Shown here one piece after another: positions 9,564 through 18,013 of a stretch of 64,000 nucleotides of DNA. Below the pieces are notes generated by a model, which saw only the letters and a list, made by a program, of their open reading frames with translations, did no database searches and was not told the DNA's origin. The position numbers and the translations under genes are program-made. The stretch covers positions 8,127 to 72,126 of the forward strand of contig JBNJDU010000003.1 of assembly GCA_051745165.1 (NCBI GenBank), read 5' to 3'. Origin of the DNA: Patescibacteria group bacterium (GTDB taxonomy: Bacteria > Patescibacteriota > Minisyncoccia > Minisyncoccales > PWPS01). The first letter of the stretch is position 1; the number at the start of each line of letters is the position of its first letter.

Positions 9564-9590
9564 AACTCCCTTATCAAGGGAGTTTTTGTT
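9564..9590 (+). terminator. Intrinsic terminator-like hairpin (AACTCCC-ttatcaa-GGGAGTT + T run)
   Basis: 7-bp stem followed by TTTTT, directly after the M23 gene. Confidence 0.6.
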
Positions 9591-9601
9591 TTTATTTTTT
9601 T

Positions 9602-9949
9602 ATGATAAAATTAAGCAATATGCCAGAAAAAGAACCAACAATTGAGCACGAACCAAATCCGGAAAAGAAAAGAGAAATTCCGGAAGCCGAACAAAATTTT
9701 TCTGAAAAACAAGAGGAAACTTTTGACATTCCAGAAGAAGGTAAGAAAGAAATTAGAAGAAAAAAAGAAGAAGAAAAAGAAAAACAAGAAGCTTATAAAG
9801 AGGAAATAGAGGAATTGGTAGCATTAGCAAAGGAAAAAGGATTTTCTAAAGCTTATAAAAAAGCTAAAAAGTTAAGTAATAAAAACAACGATTCAATAAT
9901 AATTGATCGGTTTCATGACCGTTTATCTCAAGAAGATTTAAATGACTAA
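9602..9949 (+). CDS. Small Lys/Glu-rich hypothetical protein (115 aa)
   Basis: ORF overlaps the start of the downstream ATPase gene by 8 nt. Low-complexity K/E-rich composition with no recognisable domain. Confidence 0.5.
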   Translation: MIKLSNMPEKEPTIEHEPNPEKKREIPEAEQNFSEKQEETFDIPEEGKKEIRRKKEEEKEKQEAYKEEIEELVALAKEKGFSKAYKKAKKLSNKNNDSIIIDRFHDRLSQEDLND

Positions 9950-12347
9950 TTTACCTTTTCAAATTCATATATATTTACCAATAATTCTGGTAATAATCGG
10001 GTTAGTATGGTTTTTGATATTGAGGAGAATAAGAAGAAAGGATTTAGAAAAAGGGCTTAATATGTCCTTGTTTTTAATTAGGCTTCCTAAATACGAACAA
10101 AATGAGAGAAAGTTGTCAATTGAGGAAATTAGATCTTTAATAGGTAAGATGGAGCAATTTTATTCTAATTTTTTATACTTAGAAAAGAAAAGTTTTTTTG
10201 GAACCCCGCCTGAAATAGCTTTTGAAGTTTCTTCTCAAATAGGAGGCTCTGATATATCATTTTTTGTTTCTGTTCCTGATAGATTAAAAACTTCACTGGA
10301 TAAATATGTCCAAGGTATTTTTCCTGGAGCTGTCCTGCAGGAAGTTCCTGAGGATTATACTATTTTTGAACCTGGAGGAGTTGAAAAAGCTTCTTATTTA
10401 CAGCTAAAAAAGCATTACGGATTACCAATTAAAACTTATAAAGAATTAGAAAATGATCCTCTAGAAAGTATAACTAATTCACTTACGAAAATTACTAAGG
10501 ATGAAGGTTCTTCTATTCAATTAATTTTAAAACCAACTAGCTTTAGTTTTAAGAGAAAAATAAATAAAATACAATACTTAATAAAAAAGAAAGGTTTGAG
10601 TTTTTCGCAAGCTACTAGAAAGGCGGAAAGAAGCTTTTTCTTAGATATTATAAAAGAATTTTTTGATATTCTGCTTAATTCATCAAACGATAAAGAAGTA
10701 AAAGAAGATCAAGATTTATTAGAAGCAATTAAGAAAAAAGGAAAGCACCCTGCTTTTGAAGCTAATGTAAGACTTGTGGCGGCTGCAAAACAAAAAGAAA
10801 AAGCAGAAGATGTTTTAAATAATTTAGAAAGTGGATTTTCACAATTCTTTTCTAATTTTAATGGTTTTAGATTTAAAAGAGTAAAAGGAAGACATTTTCA
10901 TAAACTTATAGATAATTATAGTTTTAGAAGATTTAATAAGAAAGAAAAGATGGTATTGAATTTAGAAGAGCTATCTAGTATTTATCACTTCCCTCTTTCT
11001 CATATGAAGACACCATATATTAACTGGGTTAAAACTAAAGAGTCTGCTCCTCCTTCTAATTTACCAGAAAATGGGCCAGTTCTTATTGGGAATGTTGTAT
11101 TTAGAGGAGAAGGTAAAGACGTTTATATTGGATCTCGAGAAGATAGAAGAAGACATGTCTATACTATAGGTCAAACTGGAGTAGGTAAAACTTCTTTAAT
11201 GCAGGAAATGATTAGACAAGATATGGAAAATGGAGAAGGTGTCGGGGTTATAGATCCTCATGGAGACTTAATTGAAGACACTTTAGCTAACGTTCCGAAA
11301 AATAGAATAGATGATGTTGTTTTGTTTGAACCGTTTGACACTAGAAGACCTTGTGGATTGAATATGCTCGAATGGGACATTCCTGAGCAAAAGGATTTTG
11401 CAGTTTCAGAAATGATCTCAATATTCACTCAACTGTTTCCACCGGAAATGATAGGTCCCATGTTTGAGCATTATATGAGAAATGCAATGCTCGCTTTAAT
11501 GGCAGACAAAGAAAATCCAGGAACTTTAGTAGAAATACCAAAAATATTTACGGATGATGACTTTATGAGAGAAAAGGTAAGCAAAGTCTCTGATCCAATG
11601 GTGAGAAACTTTTGGGAAAAAGAATGGCAACAGACTGTTGGTGAGGATAAATCAAAGATGCTTGGGTATGTAGTTTCTAAAGTGGGTCGCTTTGTAGAGA
11701 ACGAGATGATGAGAAATATTATTGGTCAGCAACATTCCAGTTTTGATTTAAGCAAAGTAATGGATGAAGGAAAAATATTTTTAGTTAATTTAACTAAAGG
11801 TCTTACTGGAGAAATGAATAGTTCTTTGTTAGGACTTATTTTAGTTTCTAAGTTGCAAATGGCGGCAATGAAAAGAGTTAATACACCTCAAGAACAAAGA
11901 AAAGATTTTTATCTTTATATTGATGAGTTTCAAAACTTTACGACTGACAGCATAGCTACGATTCTTTCTGAAGCCCGTAAATACAAGCTTAATTTGATTT
12001 TAGCAAACCAATTCATGCCACAACTCAAAGATGAGATTAGAGACGCTGTAATCGGCAATGTGGGTACTATAGCGGCTTACAGAGTAGGTGAAGACGATGC
12101 AGAATTTTTAGAAAACAAATTCTCGCCTGAATTTTCTAGCTTTGATCTTTCTAATATTAGTAATTACCATTATATTACTAAAATGATAGTAGATGGTAAT
12201 GTAACCTCTCCTTTTAAAGTAAAGGCCCCTTATCCACAAGAAGGGGATAAGGGGCAGGTAAAATCTATTAAGAAACTATCTAAACAAAAATACGGAAGAC
12301 CTAAGAAAAAGGTAGAAAATAGAATGAAAGAAAGAGGTATTGTTTAG
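9942..12347 (+). CDS. Membrane-anchored P-loop ATPase of the TraD/TrwB/VirD4 (FtsK-HerA superfamily) coupling-protein type
   Basis: N-terminal TM helix (IYLPIILVIIGLVWFLIL). Walker A GQTGVGKTS followed by VIDPHGDL. Walker B-like FYLYIDEFQNF. C-terminal arrangement typical of T4SS DNA-binding coupling proteins. Confidence 0.75.
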   Translation: MTNLPFQIHIYLPIILVIIGLVWFLILRRIRRKDLEKGLNMSLFLIRLPKYEQNERKLSIEEIRSLIGKMEQFYSNFLYLEKKSFFGTPPEIAFEVSSQIGGSDISFFVSVPDRLKTSLDKYVQGIFPGAVLQEVPEDYTIFEPGGVEKASYLQLKKHYGLPIKTYKELENDPLESITNSLTKITKDEGSSIQLILKPTSFSFKRKINKIQYLIKKKGLSFSQATRKAERSFFLDIIKEFFDILLNSSNDKEVKEDQDLLEAIKKKGKHPAFEANVRLVAAAKQKEKAEDVLNNLESGFSQFFSNFNGFRFKRVKGRHFHKLIDNYSFRRFNKKEKMVLNLEELSSIYHFPLSHMKTPYINWVKTKESAPPSNLPENGPVLIGNVVFRGEGKDVYIGSREDRRRHVYTIGQTGVGKTSLMQEMIRQDMENGEGVGVIDPHGDLIEDTLANVPKNRIDDVVLFEPFDTRRPCGLNMLEWDIPEQKDFAVSEMISIFTQLFPPEMIGPMFEHYMRNAMLALMADKENPGTLVEIPKIFTDDDFMREKVSKVSDPMVRNFWEKEWQQTVGEDKSKMLGYVVSKVGRFVENEMMRNIIGQQHSSFDLSKVMDEGKIFLVNLTKGLTGEMNSSLLGLILVSKLQMAAMKRVNTPQEQRKDFYLYIDEFQNFTTDSIATILSEARKYKLNLILANQFMPQLKDEIRDAVIGNVGTIAAYRVGEDDAEFLENKFSPEFSSFDLSNISNYHYITKMIVDGNVTSPFKVKAPYPQEGDKGQVKSIKKLSKQKYGRPKKKVENRMKERGIV

Positions 12348-12688
12348 TTACAATCCTTACATGTTTTAGTAGCAGGAACAACTTCTAATCTATCTTCACC
12401 AATATTCTTTCCACATTCTTCGCACTTTCCATAAGTGCCTTTTTTTATTTTTTCTAAAGCTTCATTAGTTCTTTTTAGCTTTAACTCTAAAGAATGCTCT
12501 ATAGATCTAAGAGAATCAAATTCTTCCACTTCATCAGCTGCTTCTTCAATGTGGCGATTGTCAAATTCAGGAAATTTAGTATCCCAATCACCCTTTGGTT
12601 TTTCATCTTCCTTTGCAAATCTTTCGAGCATTGTTCGTAATTCCTTTTTTTGCTTCTTTAATTTACTTTTAAATTTATCTGTATTCAT
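12344..12688 (-). CDS. DksA/TraR-family C4 zinc-finger protein
   Basis: C-terminal CEECGKNIGEDRLEVVPATKTCKDC preceded by a coiled-coil region. Confidence 0.8.
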   Translation of the reverse strand: MNTDKFKSKLKKQKKELRTMLERFAKEDEKPKGDWDTKFPEFDNRHIEEAADEVEEFDSLRSIEHSLELKLKRTNEALEKIKKGTYGKCEECGKNIGEDRLEVVPATKTCKDCN

Positions 12689-12700
12689 AGATAGTTTTGA

Positions 12701-15700
12701 TTAATTAGCACTTTCTTCTTCCTCTTGCTCTTCTTGAGGAGCTTCCTCTTCTGAGTTTTCAGTTGTTTCGTCTTGATTAGATTCTTCCTTTTCGTTTTGT
12801 TGATCTTCTTCTGTTTGATTATTTTCTAAGTCTTCACTAGATTCAGACTCTTCAATATTTGGTTCAGACTCTTCAATGTCAGGATTGTTGTCAATCCTGT
12901 CAATAATCTCTTCCATAGCCTCCATAGAGGCGGTTAGAGCGAAGCGGTTATCAATGATAGTGTAGTAGATACCAAAGTCTATCTCCTCGCTCATTTCTTC
13001 GTAAGTGGTGTTATCCACAGCTTCTCCTTCTTCAGGGTTAGTTTCAATCTCCTTTTCTCCTTTTTCGGAAAAATTACTTGATACCCATCCTGTAGTTTCC
13101 TCATCGATTCTAATTTCAAACCAACCATTTTCTTCATTTAAAAACTCATGTTCTGTTCCTGCATCAACAGTATCAATTTGCTCTTCATTAACTGAAGAGC
13201 CTGCTCTAACATTTAAACCTTCTTCCCCAACAGAATTGCTAATAACCACAACTTCTTCTGTTTCTGTATCTCCTTCTATGAATTTACCTTCTAGCTCATT
13301 AAACTCGTCATTAGTAATGGCTTCGGTTACTTCATTGTTTTCAGTGTCAACAGTTAAAGCTAAATTATGAGAGGTAGGTCCTTCTTCTGATTCTAAATCA
13401 CTATAACCGGAGTCTTCTGTTTCAAATTCAAAGCGCATTATTGCTCCATCTGGTTCTTCATTAGTTTCTACATGAGTTAAATTACTACCTTCTTTATTTG
13501 TGTAGGTAGGAATATTAGATTCGATCCAACTTTGAATATTTTCTTCTAAAGTTGCTTCGTTTGGATGATGGGTGAAGTGAGAAACTTCATAATCCTTATA
13601 CTCGGTAGTTTTTTGTTCAGAATCAATATCTTCTGTATTATAATTGTGTAGTTGTAGGAAATTAGAGAAGTCTTGAACCATGCTTTCTTCCCATGGAGAA
13701 ATTCCCATATCACGGAAGTCCGCTAATCCCCCTTCTTCAATTTCTCCAATAAATCCTAGAGTGTTTTGCTCTCCTGAATGAACGAAAAGAGTAAATTCAT
13801 CCTTTAGTAAATCTAAGAAATGACCAGTTGGAGGAGAAATTCTTAGGGCGTTGAAAAACTCATTAAGATGCATTACCCTCCTTGGGTTTTCTGATTGATT
13901 TAAAATAATAAGCTCATTAAATGTTGATCCTTCAGCATTTTCCAGTCTACTATTTAAGAATATAGGGACTTCGTCTAAATTAGCAGTAGAAAACTCTCTA
14001 ACTTCATCGTTTTCATTTGTAGGAAAGAGAGTTCTGACTGTTAAAACTTCTTCTATTTCGAAGGTAGTTTTACTTTCGTCTATTGTATTGCCGGCATTAT
14101 CAACTCCTTCTACTTGAGCTTCTATTTCTGAACCTGTTAATTCAGGAGGGAAGCTGTAAGAAACTGTTTCACCATTAAGATTTTCCAATTCTTCTACTTC
14201 TCCCTCTTCTATTTCTGTAGTTAATGACCAGTTAAAGTCAGAGAATTCTCCATCGAATTGAACCTCCATTTCATATTCATAACCTTCAGTTTGTTCAACT
14301 TCTACTCCAAAGATTTCTGGATCAGGTTGTGTATCTTCAGATTCTGGTCCAAAAAATGATGTAATTCCCATTACAACACCAAAAAGGAGTAAAGCAGCAA
14401 CCCCAACAACACCAATTCTAGCAATCATTTTTGATTTGTTAGTTGGTTTTTTGGGTTTATCTTCTGTGATATCAGGAGAACCTTTTTCATCTGAGTCTGA
14501 AGGTGGAGTTGGAGGAGATGATGGAGCTGCTTTTTTATTATTTCCTGGCCCTGATGAAGCACCAATAGGGCGTTCAAAAGCACTATCCTCTTCTTCCTTA
14601 GTATCTTCTTTTTGAGTATCTTGGTTTAAATCTTTATTTAATTCATTTGCTAAATTTTTAGGAGGTGTTGGCTTAGAGTCGCCTTTATCTTTATTTGGCG
14701 TGTCTTCCTTAGTTTCTAGACCTCCTAAGCTTTTAGGTTCTTTTTTTTGAGAGGCTTTGTCTTTCTGAGGTGATTCTTCTTGTGTTTTTCCTTCCACCTT
14801 TTCTTCTAGTCTTTTTAAGAACTCCTCCCTTTCCTTTTCTTCTTCCTCTTCTACTTTATTTTCTTCTCCACCAACCCCATCATTATTATTACTATCTTCT
14901 TTTGATTGTGGTTTTTCTTCTTTTTTATCACTATCTTCTTTTTTCTTCTTTTGGTCATCATCTCCCTCATTCTTATCCGTTTTATTTACACTTGACCTAT
15001 TTGATTGAGGTCCTTTTCTTCTTTGCTGCTTTTCTTTTTTTATTTTTTCTTCCCTCTCCTTTTCTTCTCTTTGAAAATCTTCTTTTGACTTTCCTTCTTC
15101 AATTGCAAAGTTTACATCCTCTAATTCTCCTTTTATTTCATCTTCTCTTCGAGCAATGAGTTGCAATTCTTCTCTTTTGTTTTTAATTTCTTCTAATTCT
15201 TTTTCAAGTTCCCATCTTTCTTTTTCTATTTTTCTCCTTTCTTCTTCAGCATCCCATCTTTTTTCTTCCACCTCCCTTTTCTTATTTGGTTCTTCAGCTA
15301 GTTTTTCTTCCCTCTCAATTTCTTTTCCTTTTTCTTCTATTTCATTTTCGCGTTTTTCTATTTCATTTAAGCGCGTATTTATTTCATCTTCTCTTTTATC
15401 TAGTTCCGATGTTTTTTCTTCAATTGTTTTTCTTAATTCCGAAAATCTACTTAGCTCTTCTTTAAGTTCTTGTTTTTCTCTTTTTGCTTCAATTTGACTT
15501 TTACTCTTATCAAGAGATTCGATTTTATCTTTGAGGTTCTTTTCTTTATTTAAAACTTGTTGATATCTAAGCTCTATTTTGCTTTCTTGCTCTTTTAATT
15601 TTTCAATTTCTTCTTCTACTTCCCATCGTTCCTCTTCAGCTTCTTTTCTTCTTTCCTCCACTCTCCATCGGCGACTTTCTATTGCTCTCTTCTCTTCGGG

Positions 15701-17545
15701 CGTTGAAGCTTCAGCTTCTTTTTCTTCAATTTCTTCTTTTTCTTCTTCTATCTCCTCTTCCCTTTTCTTTAAAAGATTTAATTTCTTATTTAAGTGGTTA
15801 ATTTTTTCTCTCTTTTCAGCTCTTTTTTCAGCTAAGCTTCTCTTTTCTTCTTTTATCGAGTTAAATTCCTTTTTAAGTGTTTCTTTTTCTTCTTCTATCT
15901 CTTCCTTTTCTTTTTCTTTCTTTAAATTATTAACTTTTTCTTTTAAATTCTCCTCCTCACTGATTATATCTTGATATTTGCTTTCAACTTTTCTTTTCCT
16001 TTGCCTTATTCGGTTTAATTTTTCTTCTACACTCCATTCTTTTTCCTCCCACTTTCTTCTCTTTTGTTCAATTTCCCATCTTTCTTTTTCTATTTGTCTT
16101 TTTTCCTCTGGATCTTCAACTAATTTTTCCTTTTCTTCCATCTCTTTCTCTTCAGTCTTTATTTCTTCTAGTGTTTTAATTACATCCTCTAAAGAGCTTT
16201 TAGCTCTTTTCTCTTTTTGCAGTAAACCTTCTTTTTCTACTTCTAGTGTTTTCTTTTCTTTAATTAACTCTTGTATATCGTCCTCTAATTTTTCAATTTC
16301 ACCTTCTGGAGCTAGTGCGTCTTCTTTATGGTCAGTTTTTCTTTCCTCTTTCTTCTTCTGAGATTTTTCTTCTTCACTTCTAAGATCATCAAGCTTAAGC
16401 TCTAATTGAGATTTAACTTCTCTTAAATGAGCTATTTCAGTATTTATTTCTTCTAAATCTTTTTCTAAATCTTTTACTTTTCTCTCTTTTTCCCACCTTC
16501 TATTTTCAACTTCCCTTCTTTCATCTTCTAGTTTCCATCTTTGTTCCTTTAATTCTCTTTGTTTTTTCGGTTCTTTTTCAACATCTTCTTCTTTCTCAAT
16601 CTCTTCTTCTCTTTCTTCAATCTCCTTTTCTTCCTTTATGATCATTTCTAACTCCTCTTCAAGCTGAGTTTTTTGTCCAGAAAGATCAGTTTTTTCTTTT
16701 TTTGTTTTTTGAAGTTTAGAATTTATTTCAGAAAGTTTTTCTTCTAATTTATCTTTATTGTTTGCTATTTTTCCTATACTTCCTGATCTTGCTCTTTTCT
16801 TTTTTAGCTCTCTTTCTTCTCTTTCTGATTTTTTATATTCTCTATCTTTTTGCCTGATTTCTCTTTTCACATCTGATATTTTTTCTTCTAAATCCCACCT
16901 CTTTTCTTCTTGCTCTTTTCTTTCGTCTTCTAAATCCCACCTTTTCTTCTGAAGTTCTCTACGCTTTGAAGAAGTGTTTGCATTTTCAAGTTCTTTTTCA
17001 AGCTCTTTCTTTTTCTTCTCTATACTTTTTTCTTTTTCGATTACTGAGTTTAAATCATTCTCCAGAGAATCTTTTTTTTCTATTAGTTCTTTTTCTTCTT
17101 TTTTTAATTTTTGTTGAAATTCTGGCTTATCAGCTAATTCTTCTTCTGCTTCCTTTCTCTCCTTTTCTTCCTTTCTCTCCTTTTCTTCCTTTATTTCTTC
17201 TCTTAAAGCTTCTTTTTCTTCTTTAAGCTCTTCTTTTTTAGCTTCTATCTTTTCTTTTTCTTTTGGTAGGTTTTTAAGTTCATCTTCCCACTCCCATAGC
17301 TCATCTTCTAGAGCGGCAATTTTATCTTCTAACTTCCACCTTTTTTTCATTATCTCTTCATCCTCTCCTTCTTCCTCCAAGCTGTTTTGTTCTTCTTCAG
17401 CTTTCTTTAGTTTATTTTTTATTTTTTCAATAGATTCTTTTAGCTGCTCTTCTTTTTTGGAGAGTTGTTTTTTTTCTACATTAAGCCCTTCAATCTTTTC
17501 TTCAATTTTCTGAGCTTTCTCTTTTAGTTGTTTAGTGTTTGACAT
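12701..17545 (-). CDS. Giant bitopic protein (1614 aa): ~800-aa repetitive coiled coil, disordered K/E/P-rich linker, one TM helix, extracellular region with SH3b-like domain, acidic tail
   Basis: Long uninterrupted ORF. TM IARIGVVGVAALLLFGVVMGITSFF at about aa 1040-1065, preceded by KPKKPTNKSK (positive-inside). SH3b-like GLNVRAGSSVNEEQIDTV...NGWFEIRIDEETTGWVSSNF at about aa 1443-1492. Confidence 0.85.
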   Translation of the reverse strand: MSNTKQLKEKAQKIEEKIEGLNVEKKQLSKKEEQLKESIEKIKNKLKKAEEEQNSLEEEGEDEEIMKKRWKLEDKIAALEDELWEWEDELKNLPKEKEKIEAKKEELKEEKEALREEIKEEKERKEEKERKEAEEELADKPEFQQKLKKEEKELIEKKDSLENDLNSVIEKEKSIEKKKKELEKELENANTSSKRRELQKKRWDLEDERKEQEEKRWDLEEKISDVKREIRQKDREYKKSEREERELKKKRARSGSIGKIANNKDKLEEKLSEINSKLQKTKKEKTDLSGQKTQLEEELEMIIKEEKEIEEREEEIEKEEDVEKEPKKQRELKEQRWKLEDERREVENRRWEKERKVKDLEKDLEEINTEIAHLREVKSQLELKLDDLRSEEEKSQKKKEERKTDHKEDALAPEGEIEKLEDDIQELIKEKKTLEVEKEGLLQKEKRAKSSLEDVIKTLEEIKTEEKEMEEKEKLVEDPEEKRQIEKERWEIEQKRRKWEEKEWSVEEKLNRIRQRKRKVESKYQDIISEEENLKEKVNNLKKEKEKEEIEEEKETLKKEFNSIKEEKRSLAEKRAEKREKINHLNKKLNLLKKREEEIEEEKEEIEEKEAEASTPEEKRAIESRRWRVEERRKEAEEERWEVEEEIEKLKEQESKIELRYQQVLNKEKNLKDKIESLDKSKSQIEAKREKQELKEELSRFSELRKTIEEKTSELDKREDEINTRLNEIEKRENEIEEKGKEIEREEKLAEEPNKKREVEEKRWDAEEERRKIEKERWELEKELEEIKNKREELQLIARREDEIKGELEDVNFAIEEGKSKEDFQREEKEREEKIKKEKQQRRKGPQSNRSSVNKTDKNEGDDDQKKKKEDSDKKEEKPQSKEDSNNNDGVGGEENKVEEEEEKEREEFLKRLEEKVEGKTQEESPQKDKASQKKEPKSLGGLETKEDTPNKDKGDSKPTPPKNLANELNKDLNQDTQKEDTKEEEDSAFERPIGASSGPGNNKKAAPSSPPTPPSDSDEKGSPDITEDKPKKPTNKSKMIARIGVVGVAALLLFGVVMGITSFFGPESEDTQPDPEIFGVEVEQTEGYEYEMEVQFDGEFSDFNWSLTTEIEEGEVEELENLNGETVSYSFPPELTGSEIEAQVEGVDNAGNTIDESKTTFEIEEVLTVRTLFPTNENDEVREFSTANLDEVPIFLNSRLENAEGSTFNELIILNQSENPRRVMHLNEFFNALRISPPTGHFLDLLKDEFTLFVHSGEQNTLGFIGEIEEGGLADFRDMGISPWEESMVQDFSNFLQLHNYNTEDIDSEQKTTEYKDYEVSHFTHHPNEATLEENIQSWIESNIPTYTNKEGSNLTHVETNEEPDGAIMRFEFETEDSGYSDLESEEGPTSHNLALTVDTENNEVTEAITNDEFNELEGKFIEGDTETEEVVVISNSVGEEGLNVRAGSSVNEEQIDTVDAGTEHEFLNEENGWFEIRIDEETTGWVSSNFSEKGEKEIETNPEEGEAVDNTTYEEMSEEIDFGIYYTIIDNRFALTASMEAMEEIIDRIDNNPDIEESEPNIEESESSEDLENNQTEEDQQNEKEESNQDETTENSEEEAPQEEQEEEESAN
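15214..17341 (-). repeat. Six protein-level modules (~133-153 aa period), each with a paired motif (K/R)RW..E..R(R/K)...E..(R/E)W..E
   Basis: First Trp of each pair at aa 70, 203, 337, 490, 627 and 764. The second Trp follows 14 aa later in five modules and 14-16 aa later in the first module. Confidence 0.8.
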
Positions 17546-17569
17546 ATTTATAATAGTTAAGAAGGAGGA

Positions 17570-18013
17570 TTATTTAATTTTATTTTCAAAATAATTTAAT
17601 TTTTCTAACTGCTCGGATACTTTTTCTAGTTTTTTGTTAGTTTTTAACTTTTTTTCTTCCCATTCTCTTCGTTTTTGTAAAATTTCTCTTTTTTTCTTTC
17701 TAAAAGCTCTATTATCTATCTCTCCCTCTTTTTTCTCATGCTGTCTTAAGTTCGCGTTTATTTCTTCTAATCTTTTGTTAATTTTTTTTAATTTCTCCTT
17801 TATATGTTCCTTATCTTTTTTAGCAGATTTTTTATATTTTTTTATTTTTTTTATATCATCACTACTAAAATCGCCGATCATATTTTTTTTCGGCTTGTTA
17901 TCTTTCTGTTCGTTACTTTCACTGGGAGATAGTTTGGATTCAGGAATTTCATCACCCTTAATGCGGGCGATATCCTTTTTCATTGTACGAACTTGACTAT
18001 TTGTTTTTTGCAT
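17570..18013 (-). CDS. Lys-rich coiled-coil hypothetical protein (147 aa)
   Basis: ORF overlaps the pnp 3' end by 17 nt. The C-terminal half resembles the modules of the downstream giant protein (REILQKRREWEEKKLK). Confidence 0.55.
   Translation of the reverse strand: MQKTNSQVRTMKKDIARIKGDEIPESKLSPSESNEQKDNKPKKNMIGDFSSDDIKKIKKYKKSAKKDKEHIKEKLKKINKRLEEINANLRQHEKKEGEIDNRAFRKKKREILQKRREWEEKKLKTNKKLEKVSEQLEKLNYFENKIK

Noticed and set aside
12435-17996. Plus-strand ORFs antisense to the DksA-like, giant coiled-coil and 147-aa genes (12435-12704, 13005-13370, 14770-15159, 15156-15497, 15579-15974, 15978-16361, 16758-16952, 16966-17226, 17634-17996)
   Set aside because: They are S/F/L-rich mirror images of K/E-rich codons (AAG/GAA read backwards as CTT/TTC). 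They show no domain-like sequence and lie entirely inside much longer, clearly coding minus-strand ORFs.
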